From contig OZ241329.1 of NCBI GenBank assembly GCA_965199825.1, positions 1,088,001-1,152,000 of the forward strand: a DNA stretch of 64,000 nt. Reading direction: 5' to 3'. Both the position numbers and the translations under genes were made by a program. The notes beneath the pieces are model-generated. The model was not told the DNA's origin. It saw only the letters and a program-made list of their open reading frames with translations, and searched no databases. Below are positions 38,789 to 47,656 of this stretch, in pieces (within the stretch, counting starts at the first letter, position 1; the number at the start of each line of letters is the position of its first letter). This DNA is from Bdellovibrionales bacterium. GTDB lineage: Bacteria > Bdellovibrionota > Bdellovibrionia > Bdellovibrionales > UBA1609.

Positions 38789-41032
38789 GTGATACAAGAA
38801 AACTGTCATTTGATAGTCGTTATGGGCGGCAAGGGCGGCGTGGGAAAAAGCGTTTTCGCCGCAAACCTTGCAGCCGCTTTTTTAAGCGAAATGCGTGCCC
38901 CCACATTATTGATCGATCTTGATAGCAGAAGCTGTGGAGATCAAAATATCATCACGGGTCTTAGGCCTTTAAAAACAATCAATGAAGTCGCCCAATTTTC
39001 GGGTGCAATGACTCCCCAAGCGGTTGCCACGCTTGTTACTAAACACGCCTCGGGCTTAGGCTACATCGGTGCGGTACAAAGTCCCGATCAAGTTCTAACC
39101 GTTTCGCCAGAACTCTTAAAGAAACAACTCTTTGGTTTAAGCCAGAATTTTAAATTTATTATTGTCGATTGTGGGACCGAAATTGGGCCGGCTCAACTCG
39201 CTGTGATTGAAGATTGCAGTGCACTTTTGGTTGTGACCACACCCGAAGTTTTGGTGATCAATCAAACTCGAAGAATCTTAAATGATTTGCAATCGGCAAC
39301 TGTTCCCCAAGAACTGTTTCAAATTGTGTTAAATAAAACCGGCAAAAATGGTTTAGACCCCAAAGCAATCGAGCAAACTTTAAGACGCCCCTTGATCGGA
39401 TCAATCCCTCAAGACGACGCCACTGCTTACGCAGCTTTAAGTCGATCGGCCCCATTTGTATTTTCAAGTCCACAAACTCCATTAGCTCTTGCTCACTTTG
39501 ACGTGGCCCGAAAGCTGACCGGCGGAATCTTACAAAGATTAAAAACATTATCGCGACCAAAAAATCTTGCGGCGGCAGCTCCGGTTGCGGCAGTGACTGG
39601 TGCAGTTGAAAAGGGATCCCCTTTAAAGAAAAAAGAGCGCGGCCTCAACGCGGTGACTCTTTTAAAAATGCAAATCCATTCTGAATTGATCAAAGAGATG
39701 GATTTAAAAAAAGATATGTCGAGTATCCAAGGTGATTCTTCAAAAGAAAAAGAATTGCGCACAAAAACTCAACGTGTGATTTCAAATTTGATTGATCGTT
39801 TAGGCCAAGGTCTTCCGCGCGAAGAGCGCTCGCAAGTGATCAAACAAGTTTTGGATGAGTCCTTGGGGCTTGGACCACTTGAGGATTTATTGGCAGACCC
39901 TACTGTCACAGAGATCATGGTCAACGGTTGCGATAAGATCTATGTCGAGAAAAGCGGAAAGCTCACTCTCAGTACGGTTGTGTTCACCAGCAATCTGCAA
40001 CTTCGAAACGTGATCGAGCGAATTGTTACTCCACTTGGCCGACGTATTGACGAAAAGACACCTTATGTCGATGCCCGCTTGGCCGATGGATCTCGAGTGA
40101 ATGCGGTGATTGAACCGTTATCGATCGATGGTCCCGCTGTCACGATTCGAAAATTTCCAAGTTCACGCATCACACCTGATGATTACATTCGCTATCAATC
40201 GATCACCAAGCCCATGGTGGATTTTTTAAAGATCTGTGTGGAGCAAGGTTTAAATGTGATCATCTCTGGCGGTACGGGCTCTGGTAAAACCACTTTGCTC
40301 AACGTACTTTCGGGATTTATCCCTGTGAACGAACGTATTATTACGGTTGAAGATGCGGCAGAGCTTCAATTAAAACAAGAACACATTGTTCGCCTTGAGA
40401 CTCGTCCTGCAAACATGGAAGGCACTGGCGAAATCACCATTCGAGATTTAATTCGCAACTCTTTAAGGATGCGTCCTGATCGCATTGTGGTGGGAGAGTG
40501 TCGAGACGGTGCAGCACTTGATATGCTTGCCGCAATGAACACCGGTCACGATGGGTCGATGACCACAGTGCATGCGAACACCCCACGAGAAGCGATCGCA
40601 CGACTTGAAACTTTGTGTATGATGGCCGGTATGGACTTGCCCGCGCGAGCCATCCGCGAGCAAATCGCGGGTGCGGTCGACTTGATTATCCAAATTAGTC
40701 GAATGTCAGACGGCTCTAGAAAAATTATTAGCATTACCGAAGTTGTGGGCATGCAGGCCGAGACGGTGACCCTTCAAGAAGTATTTCGATTTAAAGAAGA
40801 AGGCTTTGATAAAAATAGAAAAATCATCGGCCAGTTTCAAGCGATGGGTTTGATTCCGACATTTATCGAAAAATTTGAGCAGCGAGGCGTTGCGATCCCA
40901 AGAAATTTATTTATTTCTGGCGGCGGCGCGGAAGCTGCTCCCGAAAAAGCGGCAAGCACACCGGCAACAACGGTTCGCCCACGTTTGGGTGTGACAACAC
41001 CGCTTAAGCCCACGGGATCGGACAATAAATGA
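38789..41032 (+). CDS. tadA: Fused TadZ/CpaE (MinD-like) and TadA/CpaF pilus ATPase
   Basis: N-terminal deviant Walker A GKGGVGKS; C-terminal GGTGSGKTT, RMRPDRIVVGE, NTGHDGS. Confidence 0.93.
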   Translation: MIQENCHLIVVMGGKGGVGKSVFAANLAAAFLSEMRAPTLLIDLDSRSCGDQNIITGLRPLKTINEVAQFSGAMTPQAVATLVTKHASGLGYIGAVQSPDQVLTVSPELLKKQLFGLSQNFKFIIVDCGTEIGPAQLAVIEDCSALLVVTTPEVLVINQTRRILNDLQSATVPQELFQIVLNKTGKNGLDPKAIEQTLRRPLIGSIPQDDATAYAALSRSAPFVFSSPQTPLALAHFDVARKLTGGILQRLKTLSRPKNLAAAAPVAAVTGAVEKGSPLKKKERGLNAVTLLKMQIHSELIKEMDLKKDMSSIQGDSSKEKELRTKTQRVISNLIDRLGQGLPREERSQVIKQVLDESLGLGPLEDLLADPTVTEIMVNGCDKIYVEKSGKLTLSTVVFTSNLQLRNVIERIVTPLGRRIDEKTPYVDARLADGSRVNAVIEPLSIDGPAVTIRKFPSSRITPDDYIRYQSITKPMVDFLKICVEQGLNVIISGGTGSGKTTLLNVLSGFIPVNERIITVEDAAELQLKQEHIVRLETRPANMEGTGEITIRDLIRNSLRMRPDRIVVGECRDGAALDMLAAMNTGHDGSMTTVHANTPREAIARLETLCMMAGMDLPARAIREQIAGAVDLIIQISRMSDGSRKIISITEVVGMQAETVTLQEVFRFKEEGFDKNRKIIGQFQAMGLIPTFIEKFEQRGVAIPRNLFISGGGAEAAPEKAASTPATTVRPRLGVTTPLKPTGSDNK

Positions 41033-41907
41033 GTCTGATTTTTGGCAACGATTTTATATTTATACCTTTGTTCGCGATCGCCATTTTTTTAGCGGTTTAT
41101 AACAGCGCTGAACGTGTGCTGCAGTTTCTCCATTCAAGGAGCAGTGGCACTCGCGAAGAGATTATCAAAACTCTAGATTCTATGTTTGTCGAAATCGACA
41201 ACAAGCGAATCACCTGGATGCTGTATGGTTTAAGCTATGGACTTGGGGTTTTGTTTTTTATGGCCCTTTGGCCCAATGTGATCCCTGGATTGATTATTGG
41301 AATCGGAATGATGATGGTGGGCTTTACCCTTCCTCGCGTGGTGGTCAAAAATCTGTGGGAATCGCGCTGCAATCGTTTTGTAAATCAGATGGTCGATGGT
41401 TTAACCATTATGGGCAATGGAGTAAAAGCGGGTTTAAGTATTACCCAGTCGATGGAACGTGTGGTTGAAAACCTTAACGGTCCGATTGCTCAAGAATTTC
41501 GCCTAGTTCTAAATAAAATCAGATTAGGGATGGCCGTCGAGGAAGCCCTCAATGAACTCGGTGAGCGAATTCCGCGCCAAGATCTGCAAATGTTTGTGAC
41601 CGCGATTAATATTTTAAAGGAAACCGGCGGTAATCTTGCCGAAACTTTCGAAACGATCGTGCTCGTTGTACGAGAGCGTCAAAAGATTGAAAAGAAAATC
41701 CAAGCCCTTACAGCTCAAGGATCGATGCAGGCGATTATCATCACGCTTGTGCCCTTTGTCCTTCTGGGAGTGTTTTTGATGCTTGATCCTGGTTATGTAA
41801 TGCCTCTGTTTACCAAGCCTTTAGGATGGTTTGCCCTGGTCATGATGCTCGGCCTCCAAGTAATTGGTGGCGTCATGATGAAAAAGATAATTACAATTAA
41901 GGTGTGA
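41029..41907 (+). CDS. tadB: TadB / T2SS-F family platform protein
   Basis: KAGLS..., ETGGNLAE, ALTAQG. Confidence 0.9.
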   Translation: MSLIFGNDFIFIPLFAIAIFLAVYNSAERVLQFLHSRSSGTREEIIKTLDSMFVEIDNKRITWMLYGLSYGLGVLFFMALWPNVIPGLIIGIGMMMVGFTLPRVVVKNLWESRCNRFVNQMVDGLTIMGNGVKAGLSITQSMERVVENLNGPIAQEFRLVLNKIRLGMAVEEALNELGERIPRQDLQMFVTAINILKETGGNLAETFETIVLVVRERQKIEKKIQALTAQGSMQAIIITLVPFVLLGVFLMLDPGYVMPLFTKPLGWFALVMMLGLQVIGGVMMKKIITIKV

Positions 41908-41926
41908 TCTTCAAGGGAGTGGGGCC

Positions 41927-43576
41927 ATGCCAATAGTCATCGTGATGTTCTTCGCGTTAAGTTCCTATGCAACAGTAAATATGAAAGATGCGGCGTACTC
42001 GGAGACGAGTAACGACATGAGCGTGCCTGGAGTCGGATACGACCTCAGAGTCCTCCGCACCTATAGTAGCCGATCTGTTTATAGCGGAATTTTTGGTTAT
42101 GGCCAGTGCTCTGACGGCGAAACTTCGCTTAAAGTAACACCAGAAAATTATCTTCAAGTGACAGAGTGTGGTGGTGGACAAAAGACTATGTACACCCCTC
42201 GCAAAGCCGATCCCGAAAAAATCGAAAGCACGATTAAGACGATCATGAAGGAAGTGCGTCAGAGAAAGCAAACCAATGATCAGCAATACTATTCGAATCT
42301 CGAAAAAGAATTGCATGAAAATGTGGTTTTACGCGAAGAATTGGGTCGCCAATTAGATCTTAAAGGAAAAGTCGAAGCAGGTGCGGTGTACTTTGCAAAT
42401 GGTCGTGAAAACGAAACCGTCGTTCTAAAAGACAACCAATACACTCGAACCATGGCCGATGGAACCTATCAAAAATTTGATATCGAAGGCCGCATGGCCA
42501 GCATGTACGACCGCAATGGCAACTACATTAAGCTCGAGTGGAAAAACGAAATGCTTTTATCCATGACCGATAACAGTGGTCGAAAGCTTGCGTTCAAATA
42601 TAACCCGACGACCAAAAAAGTTTCAGAAGTGGTGGGCCCCAACAATTTGAAATGTTCTTACGTCTATAAAGGCGAAGACATGATTTCAGCCACCAATGCG
42701 TGGAAGAACACATTTAAATACTCCTACGATGATCAACACAATATGACCCGCATCGATTTTCCCGACAACACTTACAAAGCGTTAACATTCAATAAAGAAA
42801 AAGATTGGGTCACCACCTTTCGCAATCGCAAAGGCTGTGTTGAAAGCTATGCCTATGATCCCGACAAGAGCGATCCGGTCAATCACTACACCTCAACCGT
42901 TACAAAAAAATGCGGTGGTGAAGTGACCAACCAAAGTACCTTTGAATTTTTATTTAAAAAACGGGCCGACGGAACAAACAAATACCTCGCCCGGCTTAAA
43001 TCCGACGTGAACGGTGATGTGACAGACACCACTTTCCATGAGCTTTTTGGTAAGCCAATTTCAATTGTTCACAACAAAGAGACCACCAATTACGCTTACT
43101 ACGATGATGGCCTGATCAAATCGAAAAAAGAAAAGCTGCGCGAAACCGATTTTCAATACAAAGACAAATGCCGCAAAGTTTCAAATGTCGAAATCAAATA
43201 TTTCGAAAAAGAAAAAGCGACCACTCCAAAGATCTTAAAAACAGCTTTTATTTATGACGAAGTAAAATGCAATTTGCTCGGCGCAAAAAATTCCGATGGC
43301 CTCCAAGTTAAACTCGAGTACGACACCAAAGGCCGAATTCATGTGATCGAAGATCAATCCAAAAAAACGGTGATGATCAAATACGAAGATCGTTTTGGAA
43401 AACCCGCAATCGTCTCGCGACCAGGCCTTGGCACAATCAAAGTCAGCTACAAAGCCGACGGTGAAATTGATAAAGTGGATAGCAAAGAAGGCCCAACAGT
43501 CGCAGTCCAAGTGGCCGGTGTTTTTAACAACATGCTCGATATGCTCGCCCCTGCCCAGGCCGAAACGAATTTATAA
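41927..43576 (+). CDS. RHS/YD-repeat protein (DUF6531 N-terminus), Bd0109-like
   Basis: RTYSSRS..SGIFGYG; YD repeats (YDRNGN, YSYDD, YDTKGR); directly after tadB. Confidence 0.85.
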   Translation: MPIVIVMFFALSSYATVNMKDAAYSETSNDMSVPGVGYDLRVLRTYSSRSVYSGIFGYGQCSDGETSLKVTPENYLQVTECGGGQKTMYTPRKADPEKIESTIKTIMKEVRQRKQTNDQQYYSNLEKELHENVVLREELGRQLDLKGKVEAGAVYFANGRENETVVLKDNQYTRTMADGTYQKFDIEGRMASMYDRNGNYIKLEWKNEMLLSMTDNSGRKLAFKYNPTTKKVSEVVGPNNLKCSYVYKGEDMISATNAWKNTFKYSYDDQHNMTRIDFPDNTYKALTFNKEKDWVTTFRNRKGCVESYAYDPDKSDPVNHYTSTVTKKCGGEVTNQSTFEFLFKKRADGTNKYLARLKSDVNGDVTDTTFHELFGKPISIVHNKETTNYAYYDDGLIKSKKEKLRETDFQYKDKCRKVSNVEIKYFEKEKATTPKILKTAFIYDEVKCNLLGAKNSDGLQVKLEYDTKGRIHVIEDQSKKTVMIKYEDRFGKPAIVSRPGLGTIKVSYKADGEIDKVDSKEGPTVAVQVAGVFNNMLDMLAPAQAETNL

Positions 43577-43583
43577 CGAGGTT

Positions 43584-43862
43584 ATGATGAAGTCGCTTTT
43601 TGTTTTTTTGCTTTTTTCAGGTTTTTGTTTTGCAGACGCACCAGCTTTAAAAGTGTTTCAAGGCGCGCCCTTAGAATCAAACGAAGATTCAAGATCCGAA
43701 GGCACCTTCGGCAATGACGGCGTATTTTGCGAAGACTGCTACGCCCGTTGGGCCGAGACGCAGTATAATATTCCACCTCAAGAGGCGATCAGACGCGCTC
43801 GCGATATCGCGGCGAACATCAAGAAAAACAACGGCGGTTCTTCTCAGTCTACTGATCATTAA
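43584..43862 (+). CDS. Small secreted CxxC protein, Bd0108 (hit locus)-like
   Basis: Start ATG 43584 after GAGG; 92 aa; signal peptide; CEDC motif; low-complexity tail; position after the RHS gene. Confidence 0.7.
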   Translation: MMKSLFVFLLFSGFCFADAPALKVFQGAPLESNEDSRSEGTFGNDGVFCEDCYARWAETQYNIPPQEAIRRARDIAANIKKNNGGSSQSTDH

Positions 43863-43863
43863 T

Positions 43864-44532
43864 TTAGTATCGCCGCACATCCATCAGTTTACCGCATTGG
43901 TCGGCAAATCTTTGAGACTTAAGCCTGCTGCGCATCCCTCCGGGAATGACATAGTCGTTACTTTTCCAACTGACAGTGGTGGGATAAACCAAACTTCGTT
44001 TTTTTATTTCACCATTAACCGAGGGATAGAGGATACCCGCCTTAAACGTTGCGTGCTGAAATCCTAGATATTCAGTGAGTGCTTTGAAAAGATTAAATTG
44101 TTTTAAATCTTCACCTGAAAAATACCGAGAGCTAAAGATAAAAGATTTTTTAGGGTTGTGATAAAATTCAATCGCTACAACATCTGCCGGATGTAATTCC
44201 GGATCTCGATAAAATTCCTTAGCAAGATACAAAAAATCAAATTGAGCATTTTTTGTTTTCAAGTTTTCGCCCGTGACCCAATATCTACTAAGGGCATTGC
44301 CGTTTGAGTCTAATGTTCGAAAAGCAAAAATTTCTGAATCACCTTCGTCCTTGGACTTCTCTAAAATCCACTTGTCAAATTCGGTGAGCTCTTCGTTTTC
44401 TACAAGATGAATGCCGTCTGGCAATTTTTTAAATTGAAAGCCCGAAACTAAATTGGCAAAGGTCGAATCCACTTTTGCAGCTATTGCGTAGTTCGAAATT
44501 AAAAAGGCGCAAACCAAGAGGTAATTTTTCAT
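43864..44532 (-). CDS. Secreted hypothetical protein with C-terminal CxxLM tag
   Basis: Signal peptide ending YAIA; ends DQCGKLMDVRRY. Confidence 0.7.
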   Translation of the reverse strand: MKNYLLVCAFLISNYAIAAKVDSTFANLVSGFQFKKLPDGIHLVENEELTEFDKWILEKSKDEGDSEIFAFRTLDSNGNALSRYWVTGENLKTKNAQFDFLYLAKEFYRDPELHPADVVAIEFYHNPKKSFIFSSRYFSGEDLKQFNLFKALTEYLGFQHATFKAGILYPSVNGEIKKRSLVYPTTVSWKSNDYVIPGGMRSRLKSQRFADQCGKLMDVRRY

Positions 44533-44593
44533 TAGGGTTCCTGTAAGAGATATAAAAATTCTGGTTTATAATTAATGTAGAGTTCAGTCCTGC

Positions 44594-45427
44594 TCAATTA
44601 GCAAACACAATGCCGATCCCCCGGTGATGGGCACGATGATGACCCGAGCACAACAAAGTGAGATTTTCGATTTCATTCGTCCCACCGAGCGATATCGGTT
44701 GGATGTGATGAATATCGAGGTGCCGTTGCTGATCACATCGCTCGCCATTTTTATTGATGTGTGTGCATCGACTCTGATGAATGTGATAAACCTGGCGTTT
44801 CAACAGCGCGGTCATATTGGGCGACTTCGTCGTTGGGCACGATTTTTTTAATGGATCGTGTTTGACCAAAAATTGATCGACAAGCTCGTTGATAAGATCT
44901 TCCACCGTTGCAGCTTTTTTAAATTTTTGGCTTAACAGATCTTGGGCTCTTTTAAATGACACATATTTTTGTTCAGCCATTGAAAATGTGATTTGAACTC
45001 GCTCAGTTTCGCCCACCACACAAAATCGTGTCCGCTCGGGTAAAGCTTTTTCAGGATGAGCTTTGGCTATTTCTTTTTCTAAACTGCGCTTTGTTCCCTT
45101 CGCCTTATCAAACCAGTGTTGAGCATTCTCTTTTGTTAATATGCCGCTGATCCTGTTTGCTTTTGAAATTGAAATTTCGCCTGATGCGATTTGAGTTTTA
45201 AGTGCAGGAATCTCGATAAATTTTTTGGCAAGTTTATTAAAGATGCTCGCAAGCTCTTCAGATAAATGGAGCTGCTGGGTTGAGTATTCAAAAAGGGAAC
45301 GACATCCAAATTGATAATAGGTTTTATTGCGCCACACCTGCTCTAAAGCATTGAGCAAAAGCAATTCGGATTTGCGGTGATTTTCAGCCGCAACTACAGC
45401 GTTACGATGAACATTTAAATGATCCAT
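44594..45427 (-). CDS. HNH endonuclease with a long helical N-terminal domain (DUF222-like)
   Basis: RCTH...RCD...LDIHHIQPISLGGTNEIENLTLLCSGHH. Start moved to ATG 45427 (AGGAG RBS); 277 aa. Confidence 0.9.
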   Translation of the reverse strand: MDHLNVHRNAVVAAENHRKSELLLLNALEQVWRNKTYYQFGCRSLFEYSTQQLHLSEELASIFNKLAKKFIEIPALKTQIASGEISISKANRISGILTKENAQHWFDKAKGTKRSLEKEIAKAHPEKALPERTRFCVVGETERVQITFSMAEQKYVSFKRAQDLLSQKFKKAATVEDLINELVDQFLVKHDPLKKSCPTTKSPNMTALLKRQVYHIHQSRCTHINKNGERCDQQRHLDIHHIQPISLGGTNEIENLTLLCSGHHRAHHRGIGIVFAN

Positions 45428-45450
45428 AAATATCTCCTGTTTAGGAGAAG

Positions 45451-45459
45451 AGTGTAGCA
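45451..45459 (-). promoter_or_regulatory. Extended -10 promoter of the HNH gene
   Basis: Minus strand TG-C-TACACT, ~25 nt upstream of the ATG. Confidence 0.5.
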
Positions 45460-45648
45460 CGGGTTTTTTACCAATGGTTTTGATGTGCTCCGAGATGATT
45501 TTTTAGACTCTGTTTTTGTTGTTATTTTTGGTCACAGAGGTGCGCCTCATCGACGATTATTAAAAACACATTCGATTGATCGAATTTTTTCGATACAGAG
45601 CACTCTGGTGCATCAAAAACTGCGTCAATCTATTTCGAGAAAATCAAT

Positions 45649-45886
45649 GTGGGCACGATAATTTTGAATCTAACCAAAACTCCGGAGGTGTTCGGTTTTT
45701 GTTTAGATTAAAACACTGGGCATGAGAAAATTTAATTCTCAGCGGGCACGACAATCCTCAACCCGATTTGACAAGCGGGCACGATCATTCGTGAACTGTT
45801 TTAACCAGCGGGCACGACAATCGACACCGCCAATCGCTACTCAAACGGCCCCAATCTACCTTCGTTCATCCCGGCGGGCACGACAG
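45649..45886 (+). repeat. Short-repeat array (GC)GGGCACGA with unique spacers
   Basis: GGGCAYGA starts at 45651, 45718, 45744, 45777, 45810 and 45876. The last four are 33, 33 and 66 bp apart. CAGCGGGCACGACAATC is identical at 45740 and 45806. Confidence 0.85.
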
Positions 45887-45995
45887 AAAAACTGTCTCAA
45901 AACAAGACACTTCTCCTCGAGCCGCAATGTGCGCGAGCCTGTCTACAAATTGGTCATCGTCAGGAGCCAAATAGACCTACACCGCCGTTTCGCTT

Positions 45996-46011
45996 TGGCA
46001 CAAGGATGGCT
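45996..46011 (+). promoter_or_regulatory. Sigma54 -24/-12 promoter
   Basis: TGGCAC-AAGGA-TGGCT, followed by GAGGAG RBS and the 46036 start. Confidence 0.6.
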
Positions 46012-46035
46012 ATATAAAGCTCAAGAGGAGTCTAT

Positions 46036-46221
46036 ATGAAACGATTATTAATTTTGGTTCTGCTTGCTTCTGCCCAAACCGCGATGGCTTGTCCTTATGA
46101 AGCTGTTGTTAAAGCTCTCAATTCAAAGTCCGCAGATGAAAGATCTCGCGCCTCGCAGATTTTAATGGCCGTGCAATACTCGCAAAGCCATCCTTCAACT
46201 TCATCAAATTCTAGTCGTTAG
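46036..46221 (+). CDS. Small secreted peptide
   Basis: Strong RBS; signal peptide MKRLLILVLLASAQTAMA; 61 aa. Confidence 0.7.
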   Translation: MKRLLILVLLASAQTAMACPYEAVVKALNSKSADERSRASQILMAVQYSQSHPSTSSNSSR

Positions 46222-46504
46222 ACTCTCGAGTCACATCGGGATGTCGATCGATGCGAAATTTTTCTTCGCGTGAGCCGGCTCGCTGGGTGCGCGATTTAAT
46301 TTGATTGGTCACCCGATCCCAAACTCGGGTGATTGAAATCACTGATGCATCTACGACCGAATCAATGGGTTCTAAAATCACCGAGTGTGTCGCAAGAGAG
46401 ACCGCTCTTTGCTCCAAACTTTTTCCGCTCACATGAATTTGCAACAGCAGAACAATCACCAAGCTTGCAATTAACGTTCGGGCAAACGACCAAAACTGAC
46501 TCAT
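46211..46504 (-). CDS. Small membrane-anchored hypothetical protein
   Basis: AGGAG RBS; TM followed by LLQIHVSGKSLE; follows the cheY-like gene. Confidence 0.7.
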   Translation of the reverse strand: MSQFWSFARTLIASLVIVLLLQIHVSGKSLEQRAVSLATHSVILEPIDSVVDASVISITRVWDRVTNQIKSRTQRAGSREEKFRIDRHPDVTRESND

Positions 46505-46506
46505 CT

Positions 46507-46884
46507 TTATTTCTCCTTTTTAAAAGCCGCGGATTCTAATGCGCGGATCACATCTTGTGATTGAAACGGTTTAACCACGTAACTACAACACCCAGCCTCA
46601 AGCGCACGAAGCACCATTGTTTCTTGATCAACGGTGGAGCATGCGATGATGCGACAAGTGGGGTTGAGTTTTAAAATCTCTACGGTCGCTTCGATTCCAC
46701 TTTTTTTGGGCATGACGATATCCATCAACACCACTTCTGCACCAGTCTCTCGCACAACTTGAACCGCTTGCTCTCCGTCCTCGGCTTCACCAACGATTTC
46801 CCACTCCGAACGCGACTCTAAAAGGTGCCTAAGCACATCCCTAATAAACGCAGCGTCATCGACCAAAACGAGTTTAATTCCCAT
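46507..46884 (-). CDS. cheY: CheY-like response regulator
   Basis: LVDDAAFIR, VVLMDIVMP, VVKPF. Start moved to ATG 46884. Confidence 0.85.
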   Translation of the reverse strand: MGIKLVLVDDAAFIRDVLRHLLESRSEWEIVGEAEDGEQAVQVVRETGAEVVLMDIVMPKKSGIEATVEILKLNPTCRIIACSTVDQETMVLRALEAGCCSYVVKPFQSQDVIRALESAAFKKEK

Positions 46885-46934
46885 CTTCCCTATTATAGGG
46901 TCGGGGCTATCATTTTCCCAATGAGATTTTTTTA

Positions 46935-47624
46935 ATGGATCCCTTAACACTGATAGAAAAGCTGATCGATCAGCTCTCTGGCCTTTCGTCCACAACGGTA
47001 TATTTCACGATTGTTAGTGTTTTATTTATCTGTGGCCTTGGTATTCCTGTACCCGAAGATCTCACCCTCATTTCAGCCGGAGTGTTGGCCTCGCTCGAAA
47101 CCATTACGCTTCCGGGTGCAATCATCTCATGTTTTTTTGGTGTTCTCTTGGGCGATGCTTTACTTTTTAATTTGGGTCGACGTTACGGCAAGCGCGCTTT
47201 TCAATTGCCATTGATAAACAGAATCTTCACTCCCGATCGTGTGGCCGCAGCGGAAGATCGAATCAAAAACAATTCAAAATTTATTTGTTTTATCGCGCGC
47301 TTCTTACCAGGACTCAGAGCTCCGGTGTATCTTACCGCAGGAGTGATGGGAGTAAAACCAACCACATTTTATTTACTCGATGGAGCAGCCGCTCTCATTA
47401 GCGTCCCGGTGTGGGTGTATGGGGGATGGTATTTTGGTCAGGCTCTAGAAGATGCAATGGGATTTGCAAAACGCATGCAAGTATTTTTGCTGGTCTTTGT
47501 GGGAGGCTTTATGGCGTTTTATTTTTTGCTCAAATGGCGAAAAAAACAACAAACACTCACCGACGAGATGCTTTTAGCCCAAAAAAATCGCGATAAGAAA
47601 AATCCGAGCGACCCCAAGTATTGA
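46935..47624 (+). CDS. dedA: DedA family membrane protein
   Basis: GIPVPEDL, LGDALLF..GRRYG, ARFLPGLR. Confidence 0.92.
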   Translation: MDPLTLIEKLIDQLSGLSSTTVYFTIVSVLFICGLGIPVPEDLTLISAGVLASLETITLPGAIISCFFGVLLGDALLFNLGRRYGKRAFQLPLINRIFTPDRVAAAEDRIKNNSKFICFIARFLPGLRAPVYLTAGVMGVKPTTFYLLDGAAALISVPVWVYGGWYFGQALEDAMGFAKRMQVFLLVFVGGFMAFYFLLKWRKKQQTLTDEMLLAQKNRDKKNPSDPKY

Positions 47625-47656
47625 CCCTCCTGTTTTAGACTTGCACACTTAAATCC

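Noticed and set aside
43395..43583. N-terminal extension of the 155-aa ORF
   Set aside because: It overlaps the RHS gene; RBS and signal peptide indicate a start at 43584.
41927..43862. RHS polymorphic toxin plus immunity pair
   Set aside because: No RHS-core cleavage motif or toxin domain; the downstream protein is a secreted Bd0108-like protein.
45649..45886. Canonical CRISPR array
   Set aside because: The conserved unit is only 8-17 bp, spacing is partly irregular and no cas genes are in the window.
45722..46039. 105-aa ORF with repeated RARQS
   Set aside because: It is the in-frame read of the 33-bp DNA repeats, has no clear RBS and runs over the next gene's sigma54 promoter. Probably not a protein, though not excluded.
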